A stretch of DNA of 64,000 bases from Chrysomallon squamiferum (Eukaryota > Animalia > Mollusca). The translations under genes were made by a program, and so were the position numbers. Shown one piece after another: positions 1-12,375 of the stretch. The notes beneath the pieces were generated by a model. It was not told the DNA's origin. It worked only from the letters and a program-made list of their open reading frames with translations, and ran no database searches. The DNA lies in contig CM022677.1 in the NCBI GenBank assembly GCA_012295275.1, positions 17,980,001 to 18,044,000 on the forward strand, given 5' to 3'. Each line of letters starts with the position of its first letter. The stretch's first letter is position 1.

Positions 1-182
1 TGATAGTCCGGACCAGTTATAGCTGAATAATACAGTTGATGTTACAGTTGATGTTATAGAGAGCAGGTACAGTCAAATATTGATAGCTAGGACTAATAAT
101 CGTTTAATATTCCTGTCCCAGGAATCGTCGTTGAATGTTGATGTCAGAACAACTACTAGTTGTTCATTCCAATCCTTGCACA

Positions 183-364
183 GTGTTATTGGTGTTGTGT
201 CGATATGACGTAAGAGTTTTTGGTGTTGAGTCGATATGACGTAAGAGTTTTTGGTGTTGAGTCGATATGACGTAAGAGTTATTGGTGTTGAGTTGATGTG
301 ACGTAGTTATAGCTGTTGTGTCTATATGACGTAGAATTATTGGTGCTGAGTCGATGTGACGTAT
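183..364. repeat. 30-31-bp minisatellite (~6 units) downstream of GPCR-1
   Basis: Unit (a)gagtt(t/a)ttggtgttgagtcgatatgacgta repeated in tandem. Confidence 0.9.
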
Positions 365-582
365 ATTGATGTTAGATTTTGAATTATTGATATTAGATGT
401 TGAATTATTCATGTTAGATGATGAATTATTGATGTTAGGTGTTGAACTGTTGATGTTAGATTTTGAATTGTTGATGTTAAATGTTGAATTATTGATGTTA
501 GATGATGAATTATTCGTGTTAGGTCTTGGACTATTGGTGCCAGATGTTAAATGTCTGATGTCACATGTTGGATTATTGATAT
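365..582. repeat. 21-bp minisatellite abutting the GPCR-1 stop
   Basis: Unit ~gatgttagatgttgaattatt. It produces the spurious + strand (ELLMLDV)n ORF. Confidence 0.88.
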
Positions 583-1721
583 TTACTTGAAATAGTTGAA
601 AGCTTTATTGCCTGGCTATCGCCTCCTAGCTCTGTCGTTGTACGTGAAATATCAGTAGCTGCTGTCGTTGAAAATGAAATATCAGTAGCTGCTGTCGCTG
701 TATCTGAAATATCAGGGGCTGCTGTCGTTTGTCGAGGAATTTCTGATGATTTGCAAGACGGCAGTTTCTTTTTGATGATGCGTCGATAGTTTTGCGAGCT
801 CGATATCAAAATGTAGAAGTTTTGTCCAAAGTTTAACAAATAAATCGCGGTGCAGAAAGGTCGAATCTTCCACAGCGTCAACATAATGGCCACCTTCTCT
901 GTACTGTATCTCAGCACAAGTGATCCAATGCAGTCTAACACCGAAACTGGTAACAAGGTGAGGAAAGCAAGAAAGGAAAGGAGCACGAGAGGTCGCGTAG
1001 CACTGTCTGTGCCCTGATTGGTCGAACTGGACCCCGACCTTGAGAACGTCTTCCGGAAAGCGTTGCTTCGACTGATTTTAACGGCAATGAAAACGGTGAG
1101 CGTGAGAATGATAAGACAGGGCAGAGTTGAAGAAAAGAGAAGTCGAAAGAAAAGTGAGTAATTGTCTATCCGATTATAGACCTCCTCGTCGACATGTTGG
1201 TCGCCGGTGAATACGTAGATCGGGGTAACCATCGCCAGAGAAGACACGAAGATACTGAAGCAGATGACGAAAGCTTTCATCCGGGTACAAAGTCTGTCAC
1301 GTGTCAGAGGGAAGCAGACGCAGATGTAGCGGTCTAATGTCAGCCCGACAACGAGCCACGGAGACAACATCGTCACAAGAAGGCGAATAACTAGAATTAA
1401 ACTAAAGAAAGACAAAACGATCGGTGAAGTGTCATGTCTCGCAAATACTTGCTGTGCTTCGCCGATCACGACTGTTACCAGCATGACAGAGTCCGAGAAA
1501 GAAAGAAACTTCAAGTAAACTGAGTACGAGAGACATGAAAGTTTCGAATCAGACATCATCACGAACTGAAGGACGTTTCCAATGAAACCTGCCACGGCGA
1601 TGAATAACAGGACACTCCAGTAAACGCGACCGAGAACTCCGCCGTAAAGCCATTCTGGGGCAGGAACGAAGATAGAGTTTTCGTTGTCGTCGTAATATCT
1701 CTCTTCACTCGAGTTCGCCAT
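573..1721 (-). CDS. Class A GPCR, FMRFamide-receptor-like/Srw-like putative chemoreceptor (GPCR-1), 382 aa, single coding exon
   Basis: Seven hydrophobic segments, with GN in TM1, LSFSD in TM2, DRY after TM3, P in TM5 and TM6, and NFGQNFY in TM7. The start is placed at MANSSEE (AAAATGG, ATG at 1721), just after a tttgcag acceptor at 1748-1749. The first 107 aa of the 489-aa ORF are largely translated GAT repeats and are absent from the paralog. Confidence 0.93.
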   Translation of the reverse strand: MANSSEERYYDDNENSIFVPAPEWLYGGVLGRVYWSVLLFIAVAGFIGNVLQFVMMSDSKLSCLSYSVYLKFLSFSDSVMLVTVVIGEAQQVFARHDTSPIVLSFFSLILVIRLLVTMLSPWLVVGLTLDRYICVCFPLTRDRLCTRMKAFVICFSIFVSSLAMVTPIYVFTGDQHVDEEVYNRIDNYSLFFRLLFSSTLPCLIILTLTVFIAVKISRSNAFRKTFSRSGSSSTNQGTDSATRPLVLLSFLAFLTLLPVSVLDCIGSLVLRYSTEKVAIMLTLWKIRPFCTAIYLLNFGQNFYILISSSQNYRRIIKKKLPSCKSSEIPRQTTAAPDISDTATAATDISFSTTAATDISRTTTELGGDSQAIKLSTISSKYQ

Positions 1722-2545
1722 TTTGATACTTGAGACTCTGGTAACACCTGCAAACAGAGTGTAACGAAAAACAACATCAGTCACAGTAATGACAATAAAT
1801 ACAAGGTGATGCGGATGACGACGAAAACGATGATGATGATGATGATGATAATGATATGATGATGACAAACGATATTGATCACTGTTATAATGACCGTGAT
1901 GACAACAACACGGCACCTTACTTATCATTGTGGTGATGATGATGATGATGATGATGATGACGGTGACAAAAGTACTAATTATTGTGATGCTTTTGATTAT
2001 GATGATGACTTTTAGCTGACAAAGCAGAAACAGTTCTTTCATGACGATAACGATGATGATGACGATTAATCACGACGATGATATTGATAACGATGATGAC
2101 GACAACGGCACAACAACGATGGTGATGATAGTAACAGGGCCGATGACGATGATAGTAACGACTACAACTACAATAAATGTGAAAGTTTAAAAAAATATAT
2201 ATCAACGTCATAAGAACTTGCAAACTGATTAGAACAATTATATATGTTGCGATGCCAATGCTAAAAGTGCTCGTTATGATGTGTAAGGGTTTAGATCATT
2301 AACACAGCGATTGGTCAGTTTGTTTATAAACACAACATATTTTGTTGTAATATAAAATAAAACAAAGGAAACTAAATTATTTACGGGTTTGTGGTAACCT
2401 GAGTTAAAAAAAAAACTAAAGACGTGAGAATCGAGGGATCACAATACACTGTAAATGACAAAGATTGTACTGCCTTAAAGAAGGTATAAAAAATAAATAA
2501 ATAAATAAATAAAATACAAAATACACCCCGAAACATCCACAATAC

Positions 2546-2662
<117 letters not shown>

Positions 2663-2859
2663 GACCAAATAAAAACAAACAAACAAACAAACAAACAAAC
2701 AATGGAGAAAAGTATCTAACCTCATCACGCTACCAAATGCTTATCAAAGCGAGGCTAAAGTTTCAAATTATCTCCCGTGACCTCCGTGTTCATCAAACAG
2801 GACCGAAGTCACGTGCAACCGTCCGCTTGTCGCTTTGGTAACCAGAACCTGAACATTTG

Positions 2860-2965
2860 TTTTAAAACCCATTTCACACCCCGAAACCCGTCTATTTATA
2901 AGTTTCCCGCGGACGTCAGTGAAAACCGCGGAATGAAAGAGAAAAGCGAAGCCACGCGATTGGAC
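2860..2965 (-). promoter_or_regulatory. Candidate Pol II core promoter for GPCR-1 (CCAAT-CRE-TATA)
   Basis: On the minus strand: CCAAT at 2959-2963, TGACGTC at 2912-2918 and TATAAATA at 2893-2900. They lie in a CpG-rich patch (~2770-3030), in canonical order and spacing, facing GPCR-1. Confidence 0.55.
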
Positions 2966-3381
2966 AAATTTCAAAGCTGTGTTAGTTCGTCACACAAAAT
3001 CTCGCCATTTCTTGGCCGATACTTAACGTAAATTTACAATTTAAAAGCTTCCTGTCATACTACTAGCAGTATGAATAATAATACCATAAATAGTAACAGT
3101 AATGTCAGCGACATCAGCTACAACAACAACAGAAGCGAAAGCGACAAGTTAGAAAGTTGATTCAGTTTCTGACAATAAACAGAATTAATGATGACAAGAA
3201 AATGATTTGAATTTTCTTGGTAATGAATTTTGACAGGTTTAAACTGGTAACACTTATCTGTTAATGAAAGAAATATTGATTATGTCAATGTACATTTTTA
3301 GAGACAAATCCTGTCTCAAAATGATGATGATAATAATAATAATAATAATGATAATATTGTTGTTGTTGTTGTTGCTATTGA

Positions 3382-3423
<42 letters not shown>

Positions 3424-4179
3424 GGTTACTGTTACTATGCCTATAATTTTCGTTAGAGTTATTGATACTGTTATTGGTATTATTAATATTATTTTTTGTT
3501 ATTGTTTTGCTTGTAGTATCAGTATTCATGTTAGTAGCAGTACTTGATGTTGTAATAGTAGTATTTTTGTTATCGTTTTGCTTCTGTTTGTTATATATAT
3601 AAAACCTAAACTTACGTCATCATCATTACCATTATCATCACAATCGTAATGATAGAATAGATAAAATATCATTATGTCTTCAAATATTGATTCATTATTT
3701 TTGAGTTTTATTATAAATAGTTACCAGCTGTATATTGATGTTTAAAAAGTAAGCTTACTTCATCATTGTCGTCATCATCATCATGGTCATCATCATCATT
3801 ATCATCACAATCTACTGTAACCTGTTCAAATCTTGATTAGTTCTTTTTTCATATTATTATAAATGGTTACCAACTACTATACTGATATTTAACTTACAGA
3901 CGTCGTCATTATCAGCGTTATTATCATCATAATCATGTAGTAGAAATAAATATTATCAGTCTCCAAATCAGACATTTGCAGTTCTTCGTAATCATCATGA
4001 TCATTTAATTATTCAAAAGAAAAAAAAAAAAAAAAAAAAGAAGAGGAAACATTATTTGTTACAAAAAAAAGAAAAGAAAAAAAAAATTAACAAATAAACA
4101 AACAAACAAACAAAAGTAAAACACATATATATAAACAAACGAACAAATAAAATAATGAATAAATACATAAATGAATACT

Positions 4180-4390
4180 GTAGTTAATCAAAGTCTTATT
4201 GACGTAACGTAAAGCCAGTGGTAAAGTTTTAAATTAAAATATGACGTTTTCTTTCATCACGTTAATCTGATGAAATGATAACCAAATTTCTTTAATTAAA
4301 ATAGAAAAAAAAAATAAAGAAAAACACGTTCGTTATCAAACTGCAACCTTAATTTACAAATGCTAATAACAGTTCTAAGTATCATTATAT
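4180..4390. promoter_or_regulatory. Conserved non-coding module A (copy 1)
   Basis: Homologous to 56155-56345. Core atgacgttttctttcatcacgttaat. Confidence 0.55.
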
Positions 4391-4699
4391 TAACACTATA
4401 GACACACTTGTGTAGTGGTGTCCAGCTGTTTCGAAAACAAATATTTATTATTATTTAAATTTCAAATTTAATACCAAATTTTAGCTGTGAACGTATTAAG
4501 TTTTATGAATTCAAACATTAATTTAGTATTTAATTTCCTTTGTACTTTTCCTTTGAAAACGTTAGCAAAACGAAAAGAAATGAAATGACGGAAAAACGGA
4601 GACACAATCAGAGTTACAGACAAAGAGACAATAAAATAAAATTTATCAACACAAACAGATACCTACTTTCTTTATCCCAGTCTGTGTCTCTGTATTGTG

Positions 4700-4885
4700 T
4701 ACGACATTTAAGCTGCAAAATTATTAAGGTTTATGAATTCGTGAATCAGTTTCGTATTTAATTTTCTTTTTCACTTACGAACACGTACGAAAATAAATCA
4801 GATGACAGAGAAAGACAGCACAACATCAAACTTACACACAAGGGACAGAACAACAGATTTACCGAGAGAAACTGATTTCCGCTGA
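4700..4885. repeat. Conserved ~200-bp non-coding module C (copy 1; degenerate tandem copy at ~4470-4650)
   Basis: acgacatttaagctgcaaaattattaagg...cacaacatcaaacttacacacaagggacagaac; near-identical copies occur elsewhere in the window. Confidence 0.8.
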
Positions 4886-4958
4886 GACATATAATACTGT
4901 TATGTACATGTTTATATCTATAATTTACTTACATATCTATATCCCGGTCTTGTGTGTG

Positions 4959-4993
<35 letters not shown>

Positions 4994-5189
4994 ATATGTA
5001 TTTAAGTATAATGTATGTATGTATGTATGTATGTATGTATGTGTGCATATCATCATCATCATAATCATTTAGTATGCGTAAATATTAATGATGTAGAAAA
5101 ACAGATATTTACAGTTTTGAACATCTTCATCGTCACCATCATGATCATCATCATTTGATTATTTTTTTAAAAAGAAGAGGTAATAAAAG

Positions 5190-5228
<39 letters not shown>

Positions 5229-5612
5229 AAACTAAACGAATAAAATAAAATAAAATAAAATAATATAAATTTTTAAAACTTACGTCTAGGCTCCTCCTTG
5301 ATCCAATATAAAAAAATCTATAACTAATCTTTTAAAACTCACGTTCTTGCTACAGCAGTTCTGTGTCAGAAATGACTCGAACCTCTCTACTCTGTGAAAA
5401 AAACAGCCAATAGAAACCAAAAACTATTTTTTTATATATATACATATATATAGAAAAACAAAAACAGTAATCTTTGTCGTTAAGTGAAAAACACAGAACA
5501 CGATGCTAACAAATCAAATCATTACAACAAACCATTGATAAATCGATTAGCAGATATTCGTGTTTTTTGTTGTTTTTTATTTAAATTACTTGATATATAT
5601 AACATGAAAGCA

Positions 5613-5662
<50 letters not shown>

Positions 5663-5814
5663 GAAGACAATAACAATATTTACGTTCACACACACACACG
5701 CACACACACGCACACACACGTACACACACAGACATTGTTTTCATGTATTTTCTTTCATATTCCGGATAATGTATATTAAATAAATAAAACAACATTAACA
5801 TCATAATAGTCAAT

Positions 5815-5848
<34 letters not shown>

Positions 5849-5923
5849 CAGTAGTAATAATAATAATAATAATAATCATAGTAATAATAATAATAGTAAA
5901 ATAATAGTAATAAAATAATAATA

Positions 5924-5958
<35 letters not shown>

Positions 5959-6693
5959 GATGACGTATCGCATTTTAGTTCACTAGTCTAATCTCTTGGT
6001 ATGTCTTACTATTAGTATTCCTTAGATCTAGTTGTAAAAATTACATGTAAAATTTCATTTGAAATCGAAGAAGAATAAAAATAAAGAGAAAAAAAGAAAT
6101 GCTGTTCTGTAATGCACATTAACGTATCATACATTAATCATTACTGTAAATGAAAACCGGTTTGATTAAATAAAGAATGATTGTGGGTCGCTCAGACCTT
6201 TTTTGTCATTAACGATAATTAATTTTGTTCACATAATAGAGATAACAGTACAGAGAAGAATGTAATGAAGATATATAATAACAGAATTGAAGTGCGCATG
6301 CGTGGAAGATTAACGTGGATCATATCTCGTATATTTATTTCGTATATTTTTATCACATTAATAACACAGGATCTTTACATATAAAACAAGATAACGCTGA
6401 TCATATCGAATTTTGTCAGGATGAAACTTTCTATTTCATCTTAGAATATTACACGATTCTCCAGTTTCAAAAGATCTTTTCACAAAATGTTCTAAATTTA
6501 CATAATCTTCTTAATTAATATTCTTTTGAGACAGCACATTAAGATAATTTTCTAATTATCTGCTTCTTTTTCGAAAATGTCAGTGATTAATACCCTTAAG
6601 CATAGTAATTTGAATTTTTTTTCCCACCCTGTCATTTGCAAAAACTGATCACGTAATATTTTACGTTGTGAGATCGTTCAGTGTATTATAAAC

Positions 6694-6729
<36 letters not shown>

Positions 6730-7150
6730 ATAATAAAAAATAAAAAAAATTGTTTCAAGGAAAATCAACAACATGCATTAAATAATACAGCTGTCACGAA
6801 ATCTTGTTTCGACATTTACAAATTACTTTACCCCCTTTCCCCGATTGGTACCTATGGAGAAATACAAAGTGATAAATGTCCTAGCTCACTGTGTATCACG
6901 AATCTACTGAGTGCGTGAAATAACGCGTAGTAAAATTGTACAGAATTGTATGTAGAGTTTTTTCTATTAATTGTACATTTGTAACATCCCATATTTCACT
7001 GGCTGTCTTAGTTTGTCAAATAAATCAAGTATACAGTCGACGGAGAGATTACTCTGACGACTTGTAGCTGTTAGGCTATGCACAGCTTTAATTTCTTTGT
7101 GGTTTACGCTTTTTACATTGTTTAAATAAATAAATAAACAAATAAATAAA

Positions 7151-7199
<49 letters not shown>

Positions 7200-7252
7200 C
7201 ATAATATTAATAATAATAGTATTAATATTAGTAGTCGTAATAATAATATCCA

Positions 7253-7304
<52 letters not shown>

Positions 7305-7617
7305 TAAAAATAAACCATTTCTTATAATGTGCATATCCAGATATTTATTGTTATCTGTTACGGCAATAATGTTTCCCTCGAATTTAAATATATAATTCCG
7401 GAGTGTCCTTCTTTTCTGAAAGTCATCATTTTTGTTTTATTGATATTGATTTTATGCCTTCAAAATCGGCAATAAACGGCAGAAATGTTAAGATTATGTT
7501 ATAAAGCATCCGGTGATTATGTTCACAGCAAACAGTAGAATAGAAAAGTATAAAAAAAAAACCATTAATTCTTCTGTAAAGATATTGTAGCTGATTCTGG
7601 TCCATTTTCCTTATTAG

Positions 7618-7695
<78 letters not shown>

Positions 7696-8440
7696 TCTCT
7701 CTCTCTCTGTGTGTATGTGTATATATATATATATATATTTTTTTTTTTTTTCTAGGTTAGTTAACTATATAAACAAAGTCATAAAGAAAAATAGGAAATA
7801 AAAATGACCAGACTTTTCCGCTTTTTGCCCGAGTACGATTTTACAATTAAAACTATCAGACAACAAATCGTTCGCTTTATAATTCTACTCTGAGTATTTT
7901 ATACATTTTCACTAAGACATTAAGACATTATCATATCTATAACAGACCTAATTAACTTCTACCATAGCTATTTTACATTTGTTCATTAAAATAAATAAAC
8001 TGCATAAAGAAAATATATGGTCTATCTATATCGAATAATTCCTACGGTATCCAGGTCGATTTTCTAAGATCAGGTTTGTGTCATCTGTATACTTAATTAA
8101 TCTAGAATTAAATTATTGATGCAGATGTAGCTAAATAGCTTAATACTCTTATAGGTCCACATTTTTCAGCCTCATTACTGGAGCCTTTATTTTTATTATG
8201 TTGGTTTAAGGAGACTCATTAAGAAGCTAGATGGTATAATTACTGCGCGAAGAACAACATTAAACAATAGTACATACATAGATAGCATAAATGTATACTT
8301 AATATATTCATTAATAAGAAAGTATTCTTATGCATATGTCTATGTACGTGGTTTTTTATATATATTTTTTTATTCTATAAATTATGTTTTTTTTTTTTTT
8401 TTTTTAAATTATTATTATTTGTTTTAATCGGAATGCAAAA

Positions 8441-8502
8441 GAGAGGAACGAAGAAAAATGTCCTATTTAGCGATGCGCTCAGAATATTTTATTTACGATT
8501 TG
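8441..8502 (-). mobile_element. 3'-end fragment of the same SINE family (also at 24481-24541 and 24931-24991)
   Basis: gaaggaaatgttttatttagcgatgcgctcag...tattttatttacg resembles the reverse complement of the SINE tail at 14410-14453. Confidence 0.45.
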
Positions 8503-9308
8503 ATTTAACAGAGTCAACATTGCCATTAATATATATATCAGTTAGAAATCAATTAAGATATCTTCTTCTAATCGTTTCTGCACAATTTGATCAATAATGC
8601 TATTAGGAGTATTTGAAAAGAATCTAGTTTTGACGGTACCTGTATTTTGCTGTTCAGAATTAACCAGTATTCTGTACGACTTGGTTATTAAAACAGCGTT
8701 TTTGTTATTGTGTTATAAGTGATGTCTTCCCAAATGTAACTTCAGCTGCAGCCCGAATCGAAGTCCGTAGACTTGCTATTTTTATAATTTATTTTAGTTA
8801 TATTTGATTTAATATCTATATATATATATATATATATAGGTACAAATATAACATAATATACAGTTGAACAAACATGTATTTACAAAAGTTCGTGCATTCC
8901 CAATCCTGTGTTACGTAAATTTCATTATAACACAATTTATTAGAAATATTTCATGGCTTTTTGAACTATTTGAAACCTAGCAATAACTGGTATTTACTTT
9001 CCTTGCCTTTATTCTCTGTGTCACCGAACCGTATCGCCATGAAACAGGTTTTCAATTATTTTTATAATTACATGTATACATATATGTCAATCTGTATAAT
9101 AGGACATTAATGTAATATATCGATTTGTCGATCTGGTGTTGAAATACAAAACACTTTCTAAATTTCTTCGTAGCAGAAATGTTTATTGAAGTATTTTTTT
9201 TCATTATTTTTTATGTTCGTAAAAACAGCGAAATGACTGATTTATTTATTGCTGGCGACGATACTTTACTAATAATGAAGTAGGAGAATAAGATAAGAAT
9301 TAGGTTTA

Positions 9309-9357
<49 letters not shown>

Positions 9358-9739
9358 CACTTTCTAAATTACGTTGCTGCAGAAATGTTTATTAAATAAA
9401 ATATATCTATTTTTTTATGTTCAGTAAAAATGACATTTATTTAGAAATGGTGACGGTACATTACTAATAATGAAGTATAAGAATAAAATAAGAATTATAT
9501 TGAAAATAGTAAATAAAATAAAAACACTTTCGAAATTTTTTCACTTCGAAAAAAACACACACACACAAAAAATCAGTAAATAAAAAGATTTATTTGTAAT
9601 TGGCGACTTTACTTTACTACTAATAAAGTATGACAATAAAATGAAAATGGCTTTGAGCATACACCGAATATTATTATTATTTGTTTTTTTCTCTCCTTTA
9701 TATCGTTCTCAGTGTTTTCTACATACATAAGCATAAATC

Positions 9740-9805
9740 AGCTGCCGGTTACCTTGGTGACAACGACCACTAGCGAGCTTGTAATTGCCAACAGGGGGCA
9801 CTGGG
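9740..9805. promoter_or_regulatory. RFX X-box plus CTCF-like motif (unit 1)
   Basis: GTTACCTTGGTGAC at 9748-9761 and GCCAACAGGGGGCACTG at 9787-9803. Confidence 0.5.
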
Positions 9806-10332
9806 TATTTTCGAAGCAATGAAGACCGTCGACTTTAGCGGGAACAATTTGTGGGCTTTTGGCTTGATACCAGTGAAAAAGTTTTCAGTATCAGCCGCAG
9901 TAGCCATACATCTTTTCAAAATAACTGATTATTTCGCTAAAACTAATACTAATTTTTGTGAGAAAACCAGCGGACAGTTTAGTGAGTTTCTGTTACACGA
10001 TATGCGGTGTTTTTAACGGTACGAAAGCAATATTTGGAAAAACATACATTGATTTTAATCGTCTGTAGTCGACAATAAACAAGAAAAATGTTAAGTTTAT
10101 TTAGCAGAGCATCTTGTGATGTTACTAACAGTGCGGTATCGTCAGCACATAGCAGAATAAAAAAGGTTTAAATAAAACATTAAATTTTTCGTTACACATT
10201 GTTGATTGAAGTTTGAATTCTTTGCTCAAATCTCGTGTCTGGCTCAGATCTCTTGATAAAACATTAAGAATTGTTTTCTTGACAACGTAAACACTTTAAA
10301 AAAAATAAATAAAAAACAGAAAAAAGTTATCC

Positions 10333-10379
<47 letters not shown>

Positions 10380-10963
10380 CATTAATTGCTAATTAATTAA
10401 TTACTGCCACTTATACATTACACCTGCATTATATACGGAAAATAAACTGTTTAAAAAAAAAAGAAAGAAAGATGTGTTCAGAAGAACGAGAAAAGGTTTA
10501 CTTACTTGTGAAAACGAACCACACACTAAACTTAACAGACTTTGTGAAGTCAGTGAGATAACGTACGTAGAGACCATTTTAATAATAACTGAACAATCAA
10601 TACAGCTTCCTGTCGTAACATTCTGTCCACTGGCGTGAGCTGAATTTATTTTTATTTTGTTTTATTATTATTTTTATTTTTTACTGAAATGTTAGAGACA
10701 TATGCAGTTAGTAACATTTGACACAATTTTAATTTTTTTAAAAGATATTTTAATTTGTTCATTTTCTCGCGAAATTGGTGGGTGGGGGGAGAAATGACGT
10801 TTTCTTTCATCACGTTAATAAGCCGATTCATGAGCTGGTAAAAGTTTCATATTAAAACGCAAGACTGGCTTATTGTTGTTTACTTGTTAATCATTTTCAC
10901 GAAGGCAGGAAAATTAATTAAGCAGAATATTAAGAAGTCGTGTATTCTAGAAGATTTAACTTT
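10380..10963 (-). promoter_or_regulatory. Module B: candidate promoter plus non-coding 5' exon ending in CAA|GTAAGT (copy 1)
   Basis: Donor GTAAGT at 10500-10505 (minus strand) and a highly conserved core at 10792-10963. Three copies occur in the window, each upstream of a receptor. Confidence 0.55.
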
Positions 10964-11249
10964 GAGAATATTCGTAATAGATTATTTCTGTGTTATTATT
11001 TTCTTTTTAAAATTTACAATGGAACAAAGACAACAGACGTAAGCATACCCCAGAATTAAAATTATGTAATTGCGTTTGACCTTGATGCTGAAGAAAAGTG
11101 TTTATAACATACTTTTGTGTAGGAAGTTTTGTTGTTTTTGACTGTGCGTGTGTGCGTGTGTGTGAGAGTTTAAAGTTGTATATTTCTGTTCGTCCTTTCG
11201 TCCAACCATACATTCATCCGATTATCTAGTATATTTCTGTCTCTCATTA

Positions 11250-11312
<63 letters not shown>

Positions 11313-11321
11313 GTATCTATG

Positions 11322-11378
<57 letters not shown>

Positions 11379-11691
11379 GTCTAGATAGATATATAGATTG
11401 ATCGATAGAGAACTATACAGAGAGAGAAAGAAAATATAAAATCATTTAATTTCCTTTCATCTTCGTCTTGTTCTTTTTCTGCTTCTTCTTCTTCTTCTTC
11501 TTCGTTTCTTGTTATTGTTGTTGCTTTTCTTCCTCTTCTTCTCATTTGTATGTTATAGATAGCATGTTTGTCAGTACGTAACATCAACAATTTTTTAAGA
11601 GATTTTCCTTCCTTAATATAACAAATGCGTAATGTAATGAACACTGTTTGTAGTGGATTTTCATACTTAGCTTGTGCAGATTGACTTAGTT

Positions 11692-11751
<60 letters not shown>

Positions 11752-12339
11752 GATAACAAGATATAAAATATAAATAAAAATAAAGTTATAGGAGAGGTCT
11801 TTGTCTTTAAAAATCTTTTATTCATCTTGTCAGTTAATATTTAACACGTTTCATAGAAAACGGTATTTCAGAAATTAGAAATAATAATAATAATAATAAT
11901 GATAATAATAATAATAATAATAAGTTACAGAAGAAGTTTTTGTCTTAAAAAATCATTTGTTGTCCTTTTCTACAATGTTTTTTGAGTTAATATTTAACAC
12001 GTTTCATATAAAACAGTATTTCATAAATCAGATAGAGAGAGAAAAAAAGGTAATCATGATGTGACAACACTGTGATCAATCCATAACTAAGATCGATATG
12101 AAATATTTTTATATCTTTATTTATTATTATTATTTTTTATTATTAAATTGCAAATTATTCTTTGAGATATATAAGGTGTTAAACCTTTACTTGTGTGTTA
12201 TATATAACAAACAACACTTATAAACAAAAAATTTATAAAATATTGATATGAAAATTAATCACTTTTTACTCCTTGGCTGTTGAAATGTCCAAATTTACTT
12301 AGCATAATATTTCTATAAATCTGAGTATATCCAATCAAA

Positions 12340-12375
<36 letters not shown>

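Noticed and set aside
366-590. Leucine-rich heptad ORF (also 21919-22173)
   Set aside because: Translation of a 21-bp minisatellite on the antisense strand; no evidence of coding.
1722-2042. 107-aa His/Ile-rich N-terminal extension of GPCR-1
   Set aside because: It is translated (GAT)n intron sequence upstream of a conserved splice acceptor and is absent from GPCR-2.
10792-10963. Module B core as a C/D-box snoRNA
   Set aside because: A minus-strand GTGATGA exists, but no conserved downstream CTGA or terminal stem is seen across the three copies. An ncRNA is not excluded without an Infernal search.
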